25,708 bases of DNA. Origin: a virus (taxonomy: Duplodnaviria; Caudoviricetes). The translations under genes and the position numbers were made by a program. Positions 20,401-25,708 of the stretch are shown here, piece by piece. Under the pieces are notes generated by a model. The model was not told where the DNA came from and did no database searches. It worked only from the letters and a program-made list of their open reading frames with translations. Where the stretch lies: the IMG/VR virus record IMGVR_UViG_3300005404_000028, positions 1-25,708 of that record, one strand, 5' to 3'. Each line of letters starts with the position of its first letter. The first letter of the stretch is position 1.

Positions 20401-22699
20401 CTAACTTTGATATTGGACCATAGTAAATGTTATCATCTGATACAGAACTTCTTAATTCAACACCATCAACTAAAATACCAATAGTATTTGTTGGAGACTC
20501 CCCCTTACCTACTAAAAATGGGTTCTGTACTAATGGGAATTTTCTTAGAACAGGAGAAGAATCTAATAATCTATTATAATGCCTTTCTAAAGTAAATGTA
20601 TGTTGTTGTCCTGCATCAACTGCTTGTAAAAGAATTGGATTATCACTCTCTTGCTCTCCTCTTGAATTATATAATTGTATCTCGGATGTATAGTTTCCAG
20701 TATTTTCTAAAACATCAATATAGTAGCGATTACCAGATACTAATCCAAGTATTGGTTGTGTTGCAATACCTGCCGTATATACAATAGAATCACCTTTAAC
20801 GAATTTAATAGAAGCAGATGTAACTGCAGTAACCTGAGCAAAAGATATAGTAGTATATTTTCCACTTTCAACTTCATTTAATAATGTTGGGTTAGTTCCA
20901 GAAGTAGTAACTCCAACAATCTCTTCTTTAATTAGATCTGTTGTTATAGGATAATTTGGTAATGAATTTGATATTACATATCCATCAGCATCTTTATCTG
21001 TATAAACATTTAATACATCAGTGAGAATACTATCATTACCTGTTTTTATGGTAACACCCGTACTTGATGCTTTTTTAAGATTTCTTCTTATATCATATAA
21101 CTTTCCAGATACTGCACCAGACCAAGATGACAAATTACCAATATTTACTGTATTTGGTTTTATTGAAGTATTAACATTGGTTATACTACCATTTGTTGCA
21201 CCAGATTCAATTGATTGGGAATTTCTTCCAAGTATAGAAACTGTATCACCTTCTTTTAAACTAGAAGATTCAATAACACTTGGTAATGTAAATGTGGATC
21301 CATTAATTCCATCTCTTTCAACTTGATACCTACAAGAAGTATTATAAACCCAAGAATTTGCAAATATTTCTTTATATGATGATGTACCATCTTTAGGATT
21401 TCTAATCTTTTCACCTACGTTCTTAACGTAAATATTTTCCTTTTCAGTTACTAATGAAATATCAGAAATAGTTTCTAGACTTGAAAGAACACCTGTAATC
21501 CTAAGTTCAACTTTTTTATTTAAATCTCCATTTTCATATCCAAAAATAACCTCATTAGATCTAACGTTATCGGATGTACTAATACCACTTACAATTCCAT
21601 CACATCCAAAAAATTGATTTATAGTTTTTGATGTGTAGTTTATCGTATTAGTGCCACTTATTAAAGTTCCTGTTTTTCCAAAACCAACAGTAGAATCAAC
21701 CAAAATAGTTGAAGAACCAGTAGGAGAATCCTCTAAAGATCTTGTATTTCCTGGTATAGTAAAGGTTCCTTCAATTAAATCTCTATCACTATATCCAACA
21801 AACAATGATATTTTATAATATAATTTATTTTCTCTAGTTAATGGTTCTACTTCAGATACTGATGCCTGAGTTCTATTATCTGTTGATTTATATACTGTTT
21901 GCCCAACTAAATTAGCAGGATCTCCAGTTAAACTAGTTTGTTCAGCAACTATTACTTCTCTACGAATAAATTCTGCACCAGATGGTTTTATTAAATTCTC
22001 TTCTAAGTCTAATACTTTTGCTTCTACACCAAACAATACTTTATAAAGTATTGTAATAGATTCCTCAATACCCTTTGATTGGTAAAAAGTTCTAGCAATT
22101 TTTATAAAATTTCCTACATCAAGATCATTTGAAAATGATACTTCTTCAAACCCAGGTAAAAATGTCTTTTTTAACTTTTTAAAAAATTCCTGTAAAAATA
22201 ATACACTAAGGTTAGTAACAACAGCGTTTATTTTATGCGACTCTGAAATTGTATCATCAAAAACTAGAGTTTCTTTATTGACATCCAGTAAAGATGATGA
22301 AATTCCAACATTATAACCAGTAATTCCACTAAAACCACGAGAACATCCTACAAAAGTAGTATCAGTCTTAGATGTATATGAAATAATTTCATTATCAATT
22401 TTTAATAGACCATATTGGTCTGGAAATCCCTTTGTTGATATAACAGAAATTGTTGTAGAAGTAGTATCAACTTCAGAAGAAAGTGTTGTTGTCCCAACAA
22501 TAACTTCAGGTACTAAATTATCTACCTTTAAATATTGATCAAAATTACTTACTAAATCAGTAGGACCACCTTGAAATTCTTGTGAAATATAATATTGTTT
22601 AAAAAATTCTATCGCATTTGGAAAATCAGATACCACAAAATCGGGTAACTGATTCTTTATTACAGTATTGACCTGTATACTCTTATCAATTTTTGCCAT
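8453..22699 (-). CDS. gp7: Giant baseplate wedge initiator, gp7-like multidomain structural protein (4748 aa)
   Basis: Uninterrupted 14.2-kb ORF between gp6 and gp8. Contains FYQSKGIEESITILYKVLFG near the N-terminus and DNDYYQNLSYSVKS...VHPAGLKNF, wedge-initiator-like motifs, plus many Gly/Ser/Thr-rich beta modules. The gp7 name rests mainly on gene order. Confidence 0.8.
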   Translation of the reverse strand: MAKIDKSIQVNTVIKNQLPDFVVSDFPNAIEFFKQYYISQEFQGGPTDLVSNFDQYLKVDNLVPEVIVGTTTLSSEVDTTSTTISVISTKGFPDQYGLLKIDNEIISYTSKTDTTFVGCSRGFSGITGYNVGISSSLLDVNKETLVFDDTISESHKINAVVTNLSVLFLQEFFKKLKKTFLPGFEEVSFSNDLDVGNFIKIARTFYQSKGIEESITILYKVLFGVEAKVLDLEENLIKPSGAEFIRREVIVAEQTSLTGDPANLVGQTVYKSTDNRTQASVSEVEPLTRENKLYYKISLFVGYSDRDLIEGTFTIPGNTRSLEDSPTGSSTILVDSTVGFGKTGTLISGTNTINYTSKTINQFFGCDGIVSGISTSDNVRSNEVIFGYENGDLNKKVELRITGVLSSLETISDISLVTEKENIYVKNVGEKIRNPKDGTSSYKEIFANSWVYNTSCRYQVERDGINGSTFTLPSVIESSSLKEGDTVSILGRNSQSIESGATNGSITNVNTSIKPNTVNIGNLSSWSGAVSGKLYDIRRNLKKASSTGVTIKTGNDSILTDVLNVYTDKDADGYVISNSLPNYPITTDLIKEEIVGVTTSGTNPTLLNEVESGKYTTISFAQVTAVTSASIKFVKGDSIVYTAGIATQPILGLVSGNRYYIDVLENTGNYTSEIQLYNSRGEQESDNPILLQAVDAGQQHTFTLERHYNRLLDSSPVLRKFPLVQNPFLVGKGESPTNTIGILVDGVELRSSVSDDNIYYGPISKLDLFNGGSGYDVLNPPKVVIEDSIVRDSNGLKIGIGETALVEPILEGSVEEVFVDPQDFDIDEVTDISITGGNGSGCVLEAITGPRFRELEFDSRDIFFNGGISIEDETITFKTQHNFANGEKVFYNSNGNTNIGIGAYKDAGNTITGTLANGAPYYVGIVNSSTIHLYNSESDALSGINTVGLSTDTNASGVHKFRTVSKNTIKAVKVINSGSGYQYRKLHVKPSGISTSFDTINYEDHGFKDGELINYSPTVGIGSTYPKAIGGLEPQNSYYVMKVDDNSFRLADAGIGGTSVVDFNRGKFVGLQTTGTGYQTFTYPEVTVTAKVSYASSITGDFVFTPIVTGKLTGSYVYEQGTKYGSVTVNHQKDPLITIQNGKNAELKPLVSAGKIVDVVVMSKGSEFYSLPKLVVSGSGNGAVLKPIISDGKLQSVLVINGGIGYDASNTSVYADPRGINGLYEPRVRNLTINSTKRFGEYYLNPQGDTSLGFNVVGYNQDLALHYGESFTVEQNGNFKEPSGHSPIIGWAYDGNPIYGPFGYMDPDDINSNVGIITSGYVADSSRVPNRPVAATGTLAYDDGFFIQDYFYDGTGDLDEHNGRFCKTPEFPNGVYAYFACVDVSSGLIKPQYPYFIGKTYRAPLIKDNHTLDHDFDFNSTNLLRNTQPYKVGDKFADNDFIVESNETIRQLSNVESVTTGDVTNIGVLDGGFGYKVGDYTDFDDTDTNGSGLRAQVDEIVGIGVSRIDTQLDRFEDVTFVWNNNEEVIAHKLPNIELNNQDTIAVSGLSTVVVNLTNSFSVGVKTDTIGLAKTMSVNSNALGAIEDIFVTKIPNTVSIGGSLRISDEVVKVLNIHELNSAITVKRFAIGIAHSFGTKIDVLNNRISIPVRTEKFESVNDDLVFFNGPKSIGVGTTAGGSVYLDYPIGEIERRIYAPTRTIFLPKHPFKTGQQVKLTKHANGSQINVGNTPTGNQFSIPQSGSPYTDTLYVINKDEDHIGLVTTRAGLANTSDGVYFFSNGTNALSSYKFTESEYSISSDFTKITGDIDRIVSTVTTKIGLAQTTTHGLNNDDVVKMNVIPSTSVGIGTTDAISVNWNEQYQKLLLNPIQFTNSSVKANQLNLIDHKLKTGDKVFYEGSATGLSTGSYYAYKISDDYIELGETYIDVTVNPTNTLDITENTGGTDQRVSLINPPITVVKNSQLTFGLSSTTLSDFTFKVFYDNEFKNEYYSSTDSSDFNIVGVGTIGIGTSPDLPVVGASLTVSYSNSSPSKIYYALERNGYISTSDTGVQNYSEINFVDSAYSGEFKVFGISSDTFKISPYKTPEFLSYTEDECSKLEYSTRSTSVTGSIKDLKVISKGYNYKKLPKFLSVKSANGQNANLVAISTSIGRIKDVRIVDIGYEYASDKTLSPEAFVSPIINLDNLDVIKNINIVYGGSEYLGAPDLVLYNPEKKEIVDEVSLISKVPNQSISEVEIFAPIRGLQSVTHKLVSVNNSNGVGINSMTGGGSGIVTCVLETPITGFAIPPFAAGDEIFVEGIQLVGESGIGTQANANTGISSEGTGYNSKDYEFRFFKVESFVNSNPAVLKYSVAGLTTNPGFAKTFQSGYATIVNKNNYPILEPIQERGEYQIGEKLLVNSGGINFQETDLVVVDSRDDYIRVDGLYELQKTDIIKGQVTDVSATVTSFVENKAKFNISYSNRQDFGWLNNTGKLNDDYQVIPDNDYYQNLSYSVKSPIEWENSVDPLNRVVHPAGLKNFADVGISSSVPAGISSTHSSSPVLILDVMNDVNRVDTINNLDLTTDYDSRTNPLRSKYLQFENLILTDYTKCKSNRALQHDDISGKFSSKGLQDLFTEIEEIDGLFANYIVQITDPDTFDTQLSEVVVLTKTSDAILFEKTTDFTNSKLGDFIADCDFTNRKTLRFEPTEKYEKDHDIKVLKFDFNTDLETNVSQSIGHIDLKSSNVGIASTTVGFNTTTIAQFSHTDFNALQANILVQDDITREINYSEVIVDFDGTNTYIAENYIDTVSLNYSSSRLGIITARYESGNIKLDFENDRDTKLTLQASIVGLGTTTAGTSVYRYSLPGQPAGAERSARYESTFASDHNPGIGITFSTLNNLIDSSSKSLIRVSCGETSAIHQLIAIRDVDDIVTVQYPFVSAGSTTGIGTFGGEISGNDINLKFYPDSEFNSLIEVQAYSKIFYTASDFENTPPDLDIGAVTEKLFLSAYDGPNGERANKVNFDLKHEGIPIYSKIFNPSDTNALGVLPNSSGICTISNHFFNTGEELTYTANSTFIGVGATPVSIGSTANNAGIVTTLMPSTVYAKVLDENRIQLFSQKSFVSTGNPIVFTGIGEGNAHRLEMTKKLSKTVIGLDGIIQQPVTYTTIEHSLDGAVGLGVSQFALSGISSVQPRDVLKVGSEYMKVEQVGFASVSDGIIDDATNTALGISTIPVVSVARGSLGIGATTHQDGDVARVHRGSFNIVNSTVWFLDPPKGNTRERRSLTNLPYVKAEFNGRTFTRSDYDTNMVFDDISDSFTGIGRTYTLSVGGANTETGVGIGNGILFINGVFQTPLTVNNTGNNYEFDSTNAGISSVVFTGISSENGTMMQSEFDINQNQLPRGGIIVSLGSTSGLGYAPLKGSLVQAFKDTADNSLDSIVGIGTSSGVSLGIQTASYSHITGIITVTTNEVHGLSLGEPKTVKLENLEFKCSTEHAGVTTTIFNDDDRALSLVGIISERSVEVKAGVCTIPHVYQGGGDLFEFYSDLNTGSGYREPVSIGVSDTEYIHNFVGSTNNSITANTGTQFTPSKAVYSSSTGDLLLTIGTHNLQGATTHTVENASYVPSTGILTITITGHNFSNGDYIKIKDNSLTFKCSMGSSVNKTYPRPNDPISNKWMEISNVATNTFTIDVGASPIVNFNVTDANYDPVTGLMELTIGSHSLKPGTSIKLANQSIGFSCDVDNNATTKFYPRSTDPFYDTPINIESVTDTTITLQVLTTIPSTNTTQHTFVSANPNAVISGGNYTHEFQTNQSVAVDCLKKANNTVDIANNSLTFTCSRDNHLGEHTYPRSTDPASGKELGVDVVSSNLIRVNVGAGGGGGYGGVVTAKVAGNKHKFVTATAGAAFTGSTQKNVTDADYNPATGWMQVTSASHGFVGCSTITPTNANYAKTTGILTLTKNGHGFNVGDYILIEDNSLTFTCTKDGGATEHSYPRPTDYASGKWLQITNKTVNTFKVNVNPNPSSEQYDHTFVPARTVNGCISKANQLIEIAADSLTFTCEHDHHQSLHNYPRVTDPIYNAGVPVGKTATNWFRINVGKSPAGTGGALDLKINEVGGHYVNPVIEIPSPSYDDVPVEGISRLGRGLTKATGSNLLVDLEVGAAKTSVGIGSTFFEISNFQVSRHGHSFKIGDKVRPIGLVHDKRLQKPIQEFELEVNSIFNDYFAAWQFGEIDFIDSIESYQDGTRTRFPLFFNGQLLSFMTDPGDTVSEQIDLDAVLLIFINGVLQTPKVAYQFNGGTTFKFTEPPDTSDNVDIFFYIGDRNVDVEIVDIQETLKVGDDLRVYKSPLFENSITQDSERVIKSIQGSDIVETNVYTGTGINEDDPKPLRWTKQKEDLSIKGDIISKSRSSIEPQIYPTARVIGDIDLTTGVGVNGGIFVDDSESFYYEDLSNPALEGDDRYNVSINSVDTLLISGSPKSTASVNAVVSAAGTVQTLTIVDGGSGYTAAPTISIGAPIGVGVGTETRDQFAVVGVSTFATATATITDGSVTSVVITNEGLGYSQSNPPKVTVDNPSFKNERILSASNVEGYTGVITSIKQVSGIDGHSRALEFGFVADKEADKLKVGYPILVSNTKVSSAITSVEYTDNDIVSIGSTFLDNIYKVHAIWTSGQAGIITCNVLSSSNIVGLVTTGYYNPAGPGGVGFTTSLGRITWGRIFDATRSDSPVSIGVTGLTVDSGLSTFPTIQRRSYTQTSIKGLRSTGAIRAFGITN
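10470..12420 (-). repeat. Intragenic protein-level repeat block (A-x-Y-x3-TG...H / F-x-C...YPR-x-x-D units)
   Basis: Five YPR-x-x-D copies each preceded by F-[TKS]-C (about 11760-11815, 11500-11565, 11207-11270, 10775-10840, 10541-10605), one degenerate FKC near 12300, and six A-x-Y-x3-TG...H half-units. Confidence 0.85.
11208..11521. repeat. 20-bp exact direct repeat GGATCTGTAGAACGTGGATA at 11208-11227 and 11502-11521
   Basis: Read directly; both copies encode YPRSTDP in the gp7-like ORF and are 294 bp apart. Confidence 0.9.
18506..18850 (-). other. YHYH-like domain segment within the giant gp7-like protein
   Basis: GHSPIIGWAYDGNPIYGPFGY...GDLDEHNGRFCKTPEFPNGVYAYF...YPYFIG resembles the C-terminal part of the YHYH family as I recall it. 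Confidence 0.7.
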
Positions 22700-22702
22700 A
22701 TT

Positions 22703-24664
22703 TTATTTCCTCTCTAGTACTCCGTTAGAGTAACTTGATGTGTAATAATCTCTTGTAAATACAACACCTGATACATCTTCTCCTGAAGCGATTACGTCCT
22801 TAACCGTATTTATCTTACTATTTGAAACATCAAAACTAAGATAAAGATCCTTCAATCCAACAACATCATTTGATTCTGGGAATGCCTGAATTTCTATCAA
22901 ACTATTTGGAGAAACTGTTGATGTAATATTAATTGTATTAATAATAATTTCACCTTTTTTATAATCAACAACTCCAACATCTTTAACAACAACCTTCAAG
23001 TCTCCTTTAGTATTTCTATAAACAACACTTAAAGTTCCTTTATTAGATTTGTCCAAATTACCATTTCCATCTTTATTTGGAACATCTGTAAAATAAACTG
23101 TATTAGTATCACCCGAAACTGTAAATCCAGTACTTTTAATATTAAATCCAGCAGGATTAATATTAAACTTATTACCAAAACATAATTCATACTGTGCAAA
23201 TTGGTTCAATAATGCCTTTAGATCCCTTCTTATTACAACTTTAGTAATATTAGAAGTAATTGCATTATCTACCCTATCAATTAATTGATTTATTTTACTG
23301 TATTTGAATCTACCACCAAACTTATTAATTTCAACATTATTTGAATATTGCTGTAATGAATTAATAACAGTAGTTCTTAATGTAGATGCATCTGCAACTT
23401 GAGATGAGTTATAATAAACTGTTGAATCAATTTCAACAAAAAGAATTTTAAGATCTACAATCTCAGAATTAATTCCTGCAATTGCATAATTCTTTAATTT
23501 ATTTTTAATCTGCTGTTTATCAAAATCAGATACATATGTACCATTTTTTGGTTTGATACTAATTTGAACTTTACCAAACTGTGGTGGATCCAGTTCTTCA
23601 CCACCAACAACAGCAACAGATTCAGTTTTAGGATAAATTGATTCAATTATTGCCTCATAATCCCTTGGTGTAACTGCCCTGTATTGAGCCGAATATAATC
23701 TAGGTGCAAAATACTTAATAGAAGATAAATCCTCTACTTCAGCACCGTTAGAGGCACGTTGAACAGTTGTTACAGTAACATTATCACTTGGTTGTAATAA
23801 TATACCATTATGATCCATAAATGTTCCTTGGAAACTGAACTCAGAAGGACCATTTCCAGTTTCACCGTCTGTAACAATATAACTTACCAATATGTCAGAA
23901 TTATTTTCTAACTTTTTACCAAATAATCCATCACCAAATAATAATTCATATTTTTCATCCTGTACTTCTTGAAGTAAATAAATTTCAGAATTTTTATCTA
24001 ATTTAAGAATATTGTCAACTACAGAATACTTTCTACCTTTACTTGTATCCGCAATACCAGATACGTAGGTTCTAATCGTTGAACTGTCTATATTTGGCGA
24101 ATCTATAATGAATCTTTGATCTTTACTAGTATCAACTCTAAACAATCTTTGTAATAAAGTTCCTTCATAGATTGAAATATTATCATCAAACTGAGCAAAC
24201 CGTCTTTTTACTCCACCAACTTCTTTTGTAATTATCCTAGATGAAGTGATTTCATCTGGAATTGAAAATCTATAAGTCGTATTGTTTATTGAACCAACAC
24301 ATACTAAACCTGGTCTTAATTCAATAAATGGTATACTAGGTGTAATAACATTATCATTTATTTCAATATCACCTAATTTAATTGTTGCTACTGCAGAAGT
24401 TTTTGATCTTGGAACATATCCAATATTACGTGCAAGTGATACTACATTCTCTCTTATAGTTGCAGAATCTAAGAAAGATTCATTTGCAAGTAAATTTGCA
24501 TTAAATGAGTTAATGTAAGTATTATATGCTAACAGATCAATAATAACCGCCAAATTAGAACCTTCATAATCAAAATCCTTAAAATTGGAATTTGCTCGAA
24601 GATGATCTTTAATCTGTACTTTTATCTGATCAAAGTCTAGATTTGTAAACTGTGTAAAGGGCAT
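22703..24664 (-). CDS. gp6: Baseplate wedge subunit, T4 gp6-like (653 aa)
   Basis: LDFDQIKVQIKDHL, FKDFDYEGSNLAVIIDLLAYNTY, ESFLDSATIRENVVSLARNIGYVPRS, YELLFGDGLFGK, AQYRAVTPRDYE, PPQFGKVQISIKP; length close to T4 gp6. Confidence 0.95.
   Translation of the reverse strand: MPFTQFTNLDFDQIKVQIKDHLRANSNFKDFDYEGSNLAVIIDLLAYNTYINSFNANLLANESFLDSATIRENVVSLARNIGYVPRSKTSAVATIKLGDIEINDNVITPSIPFIELRPGLVCVGSINNTTYRFSIPDEITSSRIITKEVGGVKRRFAQFDDNISIYEGTLLQRLFRVDTSKDQRFIIDSPNIDSSTIRTYVSGIADTSKGRKYSVVDNILKLDKNSEIYLLQEVQDEKYELLFGDGLFGKKLENNSDILVSYIVTDGETGNGPSEFSFQGTFMDHNGILLQPSDNVTVTTVQRASNGAEVEDLSSIKYFAPRLYSAQYRAVTPRDYEAIIESIYPKTESVAVVGGEELDPPQFGKVQISIKPKNGTYVSDFDKQQIKNKLKNYAIAGINSEIVDLKILFVEIDSTVYYNSSQVADASTLRTTVINSLQQYSNNVEINKFGGRFKYSKINQLIDRVDNAITSNITKVVIRRDLKALLNQFAQYELCFGNKFNINPAGFNIKSTGFTVSGDTNTVYFTDVPNKDGNGNLDKSNKGTLSVVYRNTKGDLKVVVKDVGVVDYKKGEIIINTINITSTVSPNSLIEIQAFPESNDVVGLKDLYLSFDVSNSKINTVKDVIASGEDVSGVVFTRDYYTSSYSNGVLERK
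22807..22813 (-). promoter_or_regulatory. Putative T4-type late promoter (ATAAATA) embedded in the gp6 3' end, upstream of the gp7-like gene
   Basis: + strand tatttat within codons K-I-N-T, about 108 nt upstream of the ATG at 22699. Confidence 0.45.
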
Positions 24665-24665
24665 A

Positions 24666-25067
24666 TTACCTAGTGGGTTCTAACAAGAAAGTAAATGATT
24701 GTGTAGGAAACTCTTCACCTACAATATCAAACAGAACCGTTACCTCAAGAGTATTTAAGTCTGGTGTTGAATCCACTTCAACCTCAACATTATCAACTCT
24801 TGGTTCATAATTTGATATTGATTCTTTTATTTGATCTGAAATAATAACATTTATTGCTGGTGAAAAATTTTCAAATAAACTGCCACGAATATCACTACCT
24901 ATAAGAGAATCAAAAAATCTTTCTGATGGAATAGTTTCCACCAAATTTCTTACAGATCTTGTTATGGCACGTTCATTCAACAAAACAGGAAGATCTTTTG
25001 TCACAGGATGTGGTCCAAAAGATAGACTTATGTCTTTAAATCCTCTTGATAAGCGATTTTGTGCCAT
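24666..25067 (-). CDS. gp25: Baseplate wedge subunit gp25 (GPW/gp25 family, 133 aa)
   Basis: FKDISLSFGPHPVTKDL, AITRSVRNLVETIPSERFF, LFEN, ISNYEPRV, C-terminal LEPTR; stop is 1 nt before the gp6 ATG (TAATATG). Confidence 0.95.
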   Translation of the reverse strand: MAQNRLSRGFKDISLSFGPHPVTKDLPVLLNERAITRSVRNLVETIPSERFFDSLIGSDIRGSLFENFSPAINVIISDQIKESISNYEPRVDNVEVEVDSTPDLNTLEVTVLFDIVGEEFPTQSFTFLLEPTR

Positions 25068-25100
25068 TGAATAGGTATTTGCTATACTATTTCCTCTGTT

Positions 25101-25108
25101 TATTTATG
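25101..25108 (-). promoter_or_regulatory. T4-type late promoter CATAAATA upstream of gp25
   Basis: + strand tatttatg, intergenic, 33 nt before the gp25 ATG and just downstream of the terminator. Confidence 0.75.
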
Positions 25109-25129
25109 AGGGTTTTATGTATTTACATT

Positions 25130-25154
25130 AAAAAACGCCCTAGTGGGCGTTTTT
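25130..25154 (-). terminator. Rho-independent terminator, potentially bidirectional
   Basis: AAAAACGCCC-TAGT-GGGCGTTTTT perfect inverted repeat (25131-25154). On the minus strand the GC stem is followed by T6, 3 nt after the stop of the 49-aa ORF. Confidence 0.9.
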
Positions 25155-25157
25155 GGG

Positions 25158-25307
25158 TTATTTACCTTGTCCTCTGTACCGTTTTTTAGCACGATTACGT
25201 GAACTAGCAGAATATTTGGTATGTTTTCCCATACCTTGACTGGTTTTCTTTGGTGTAGCCTCAATGTAATCACCAGTGCCCAAAGCACCTGCTTTTACTT
25301 TAGCCAT
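25158..25307 (-). CDS. Small basic hypothetical protein, 49 aa, C-terminal KKRYRGQGK
   Basis: Not in the ORF track. Translation MAKVKAGALGTGDYIEATPKKTSQGMGKHTKYSASSRNRAKKRYRGQGK. GGAGG Shine-Dalgarno (25314-25318) 6 nt before the ATG, 8-nt overlap with the upstream gene, terminator immediately after the stop. Confidence 0.85.
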   Translation of the reverse strand: MAKVKAGALGTGDYIEATPKKTSQGMGKHTKYSASSRNRAKKRYRGQGK

Positions 25308-25686
25308 TCATTCCCTCCGTTAAAAATTGATTAATAGTTGATTCTTTGATTTTATATGAGTTAAGTGCCTTATCATCAATTAATAGATCATAATGCGTCT
25401 TTCCCATAATAAGTTGGTGAAATTTTACACCCCAAGAATCTAATTGTTTTATAGTTTTATTATACAACATATCATATATTTTTTCAACATCCCCATTAAA
25501 TTGTGACATTCCTCTTGCTGTATAGATTTTGATGTAATTATTCTCATAAAGAGAATTTACTAAATCAATTACTTTTGGGTATGGTTTGCAATAATCATAC
25601 TTATCAGGACCATAATGTTCATATCCAGTAGGACGATAGCAAATTACATCATCCAAATCAAATGCAATAACTTTTTGTTTGCTCAT
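25300..25686 (-). CDS. HAD-superfamily phosphatase, capsule-biosynthesis phosphatase (EcbF/BcbF)-like, 128 aa
   Basis: Motif I VIAFDLDDVIC, motif II IYTARGM, motif III/IV GKTHYDLLIDDKA; small capless HAD size. Confidence 0.8.
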   Translation of the reverse strand: MSKQKVIAFDLDDVICYRPTGYEHYGPDKYDYCKPYPKVIDLVNSLYENNYIKIYTARGMSQFNGDVEKIYDMLYNKTIKQLDSWGVKFHQLIMGKTHYDLLIDDKALNSYKIKESTINQFLTEGMNG

Positions 25687-25708
25687 GTAACAACTTTAAC
25701 TGTGATTT
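25683..25708 (-). CDS. Possible 3' end of an upstream gene (…ITVKVVT*) overlapping the HAD start by ATGA
   Basis: Only 26 nt are visible. The TGA at 25683-25685 overlaps the HAD ATG. An alternative frame ending LHEQTKSYCI* is equally possible. Confidence 0.25.

Noticed and set aside
8453-22699. Intein or intron explaining the size of the giant ORF
   Set aside because: The frame is continuous, no HN followed by C/S/T was seen (only HNF, HNG, HNL, HNY), and no LAGLIDADG or HNH endonuclease motif was recognised.
1067-24518. Short plus-strand ORFs in the track (1067, 3236, 5543, 6065, 7666, 17223, 17769, 20596, 21021, 24282)
   Set aside because: All lie antisense to long, well-supported minus-strand genes, mostly start at GTG/TTG, and show no recognisable motifs; they are best explained as shadow ORFs.
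24666-25067. gp25 as a lysozyme
   Set aside because: The lysozyme label is a legacy annotation for this family; gp25 is a structural sheath-initiating baseplate subunit, and no catalytic motif is evident.

Overview
AT-rich DNA with every convincing gene on the minus strand. It looks like the baseplate/virion-structure module of a T4-like marine myovirus, most similar in organisation to T4-like cyanophages. In transcription order (right to left): a HAD-family phosphatase, an unlisted 49-aa basic peptide ending in YRGQGK, an intrinsic terminator, a late promoter, gp25, gp6, a giant 4748-aa gp7-like wedge initiator, a second late promoter, gp8, and an unlisted VrlC/DUF4815-like structural protein of at least 2269 codons that runs off the left edge. 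The most notable details are nested (domain-inside-domain) Cys/His repeats in the giant protein, an identical 8-bp element upstream of both intergenic late promoters, late-promoter motifs embedded in the 3' ends of gp6 and gp8, and a His-tipped predicted beta-hairpin in the VrlC-like protein. I saw no RNA genes, CRISPR array, mobile element or clearly new multi-gene system. Family assignments come from motif recognition and gene order, not from database searches.
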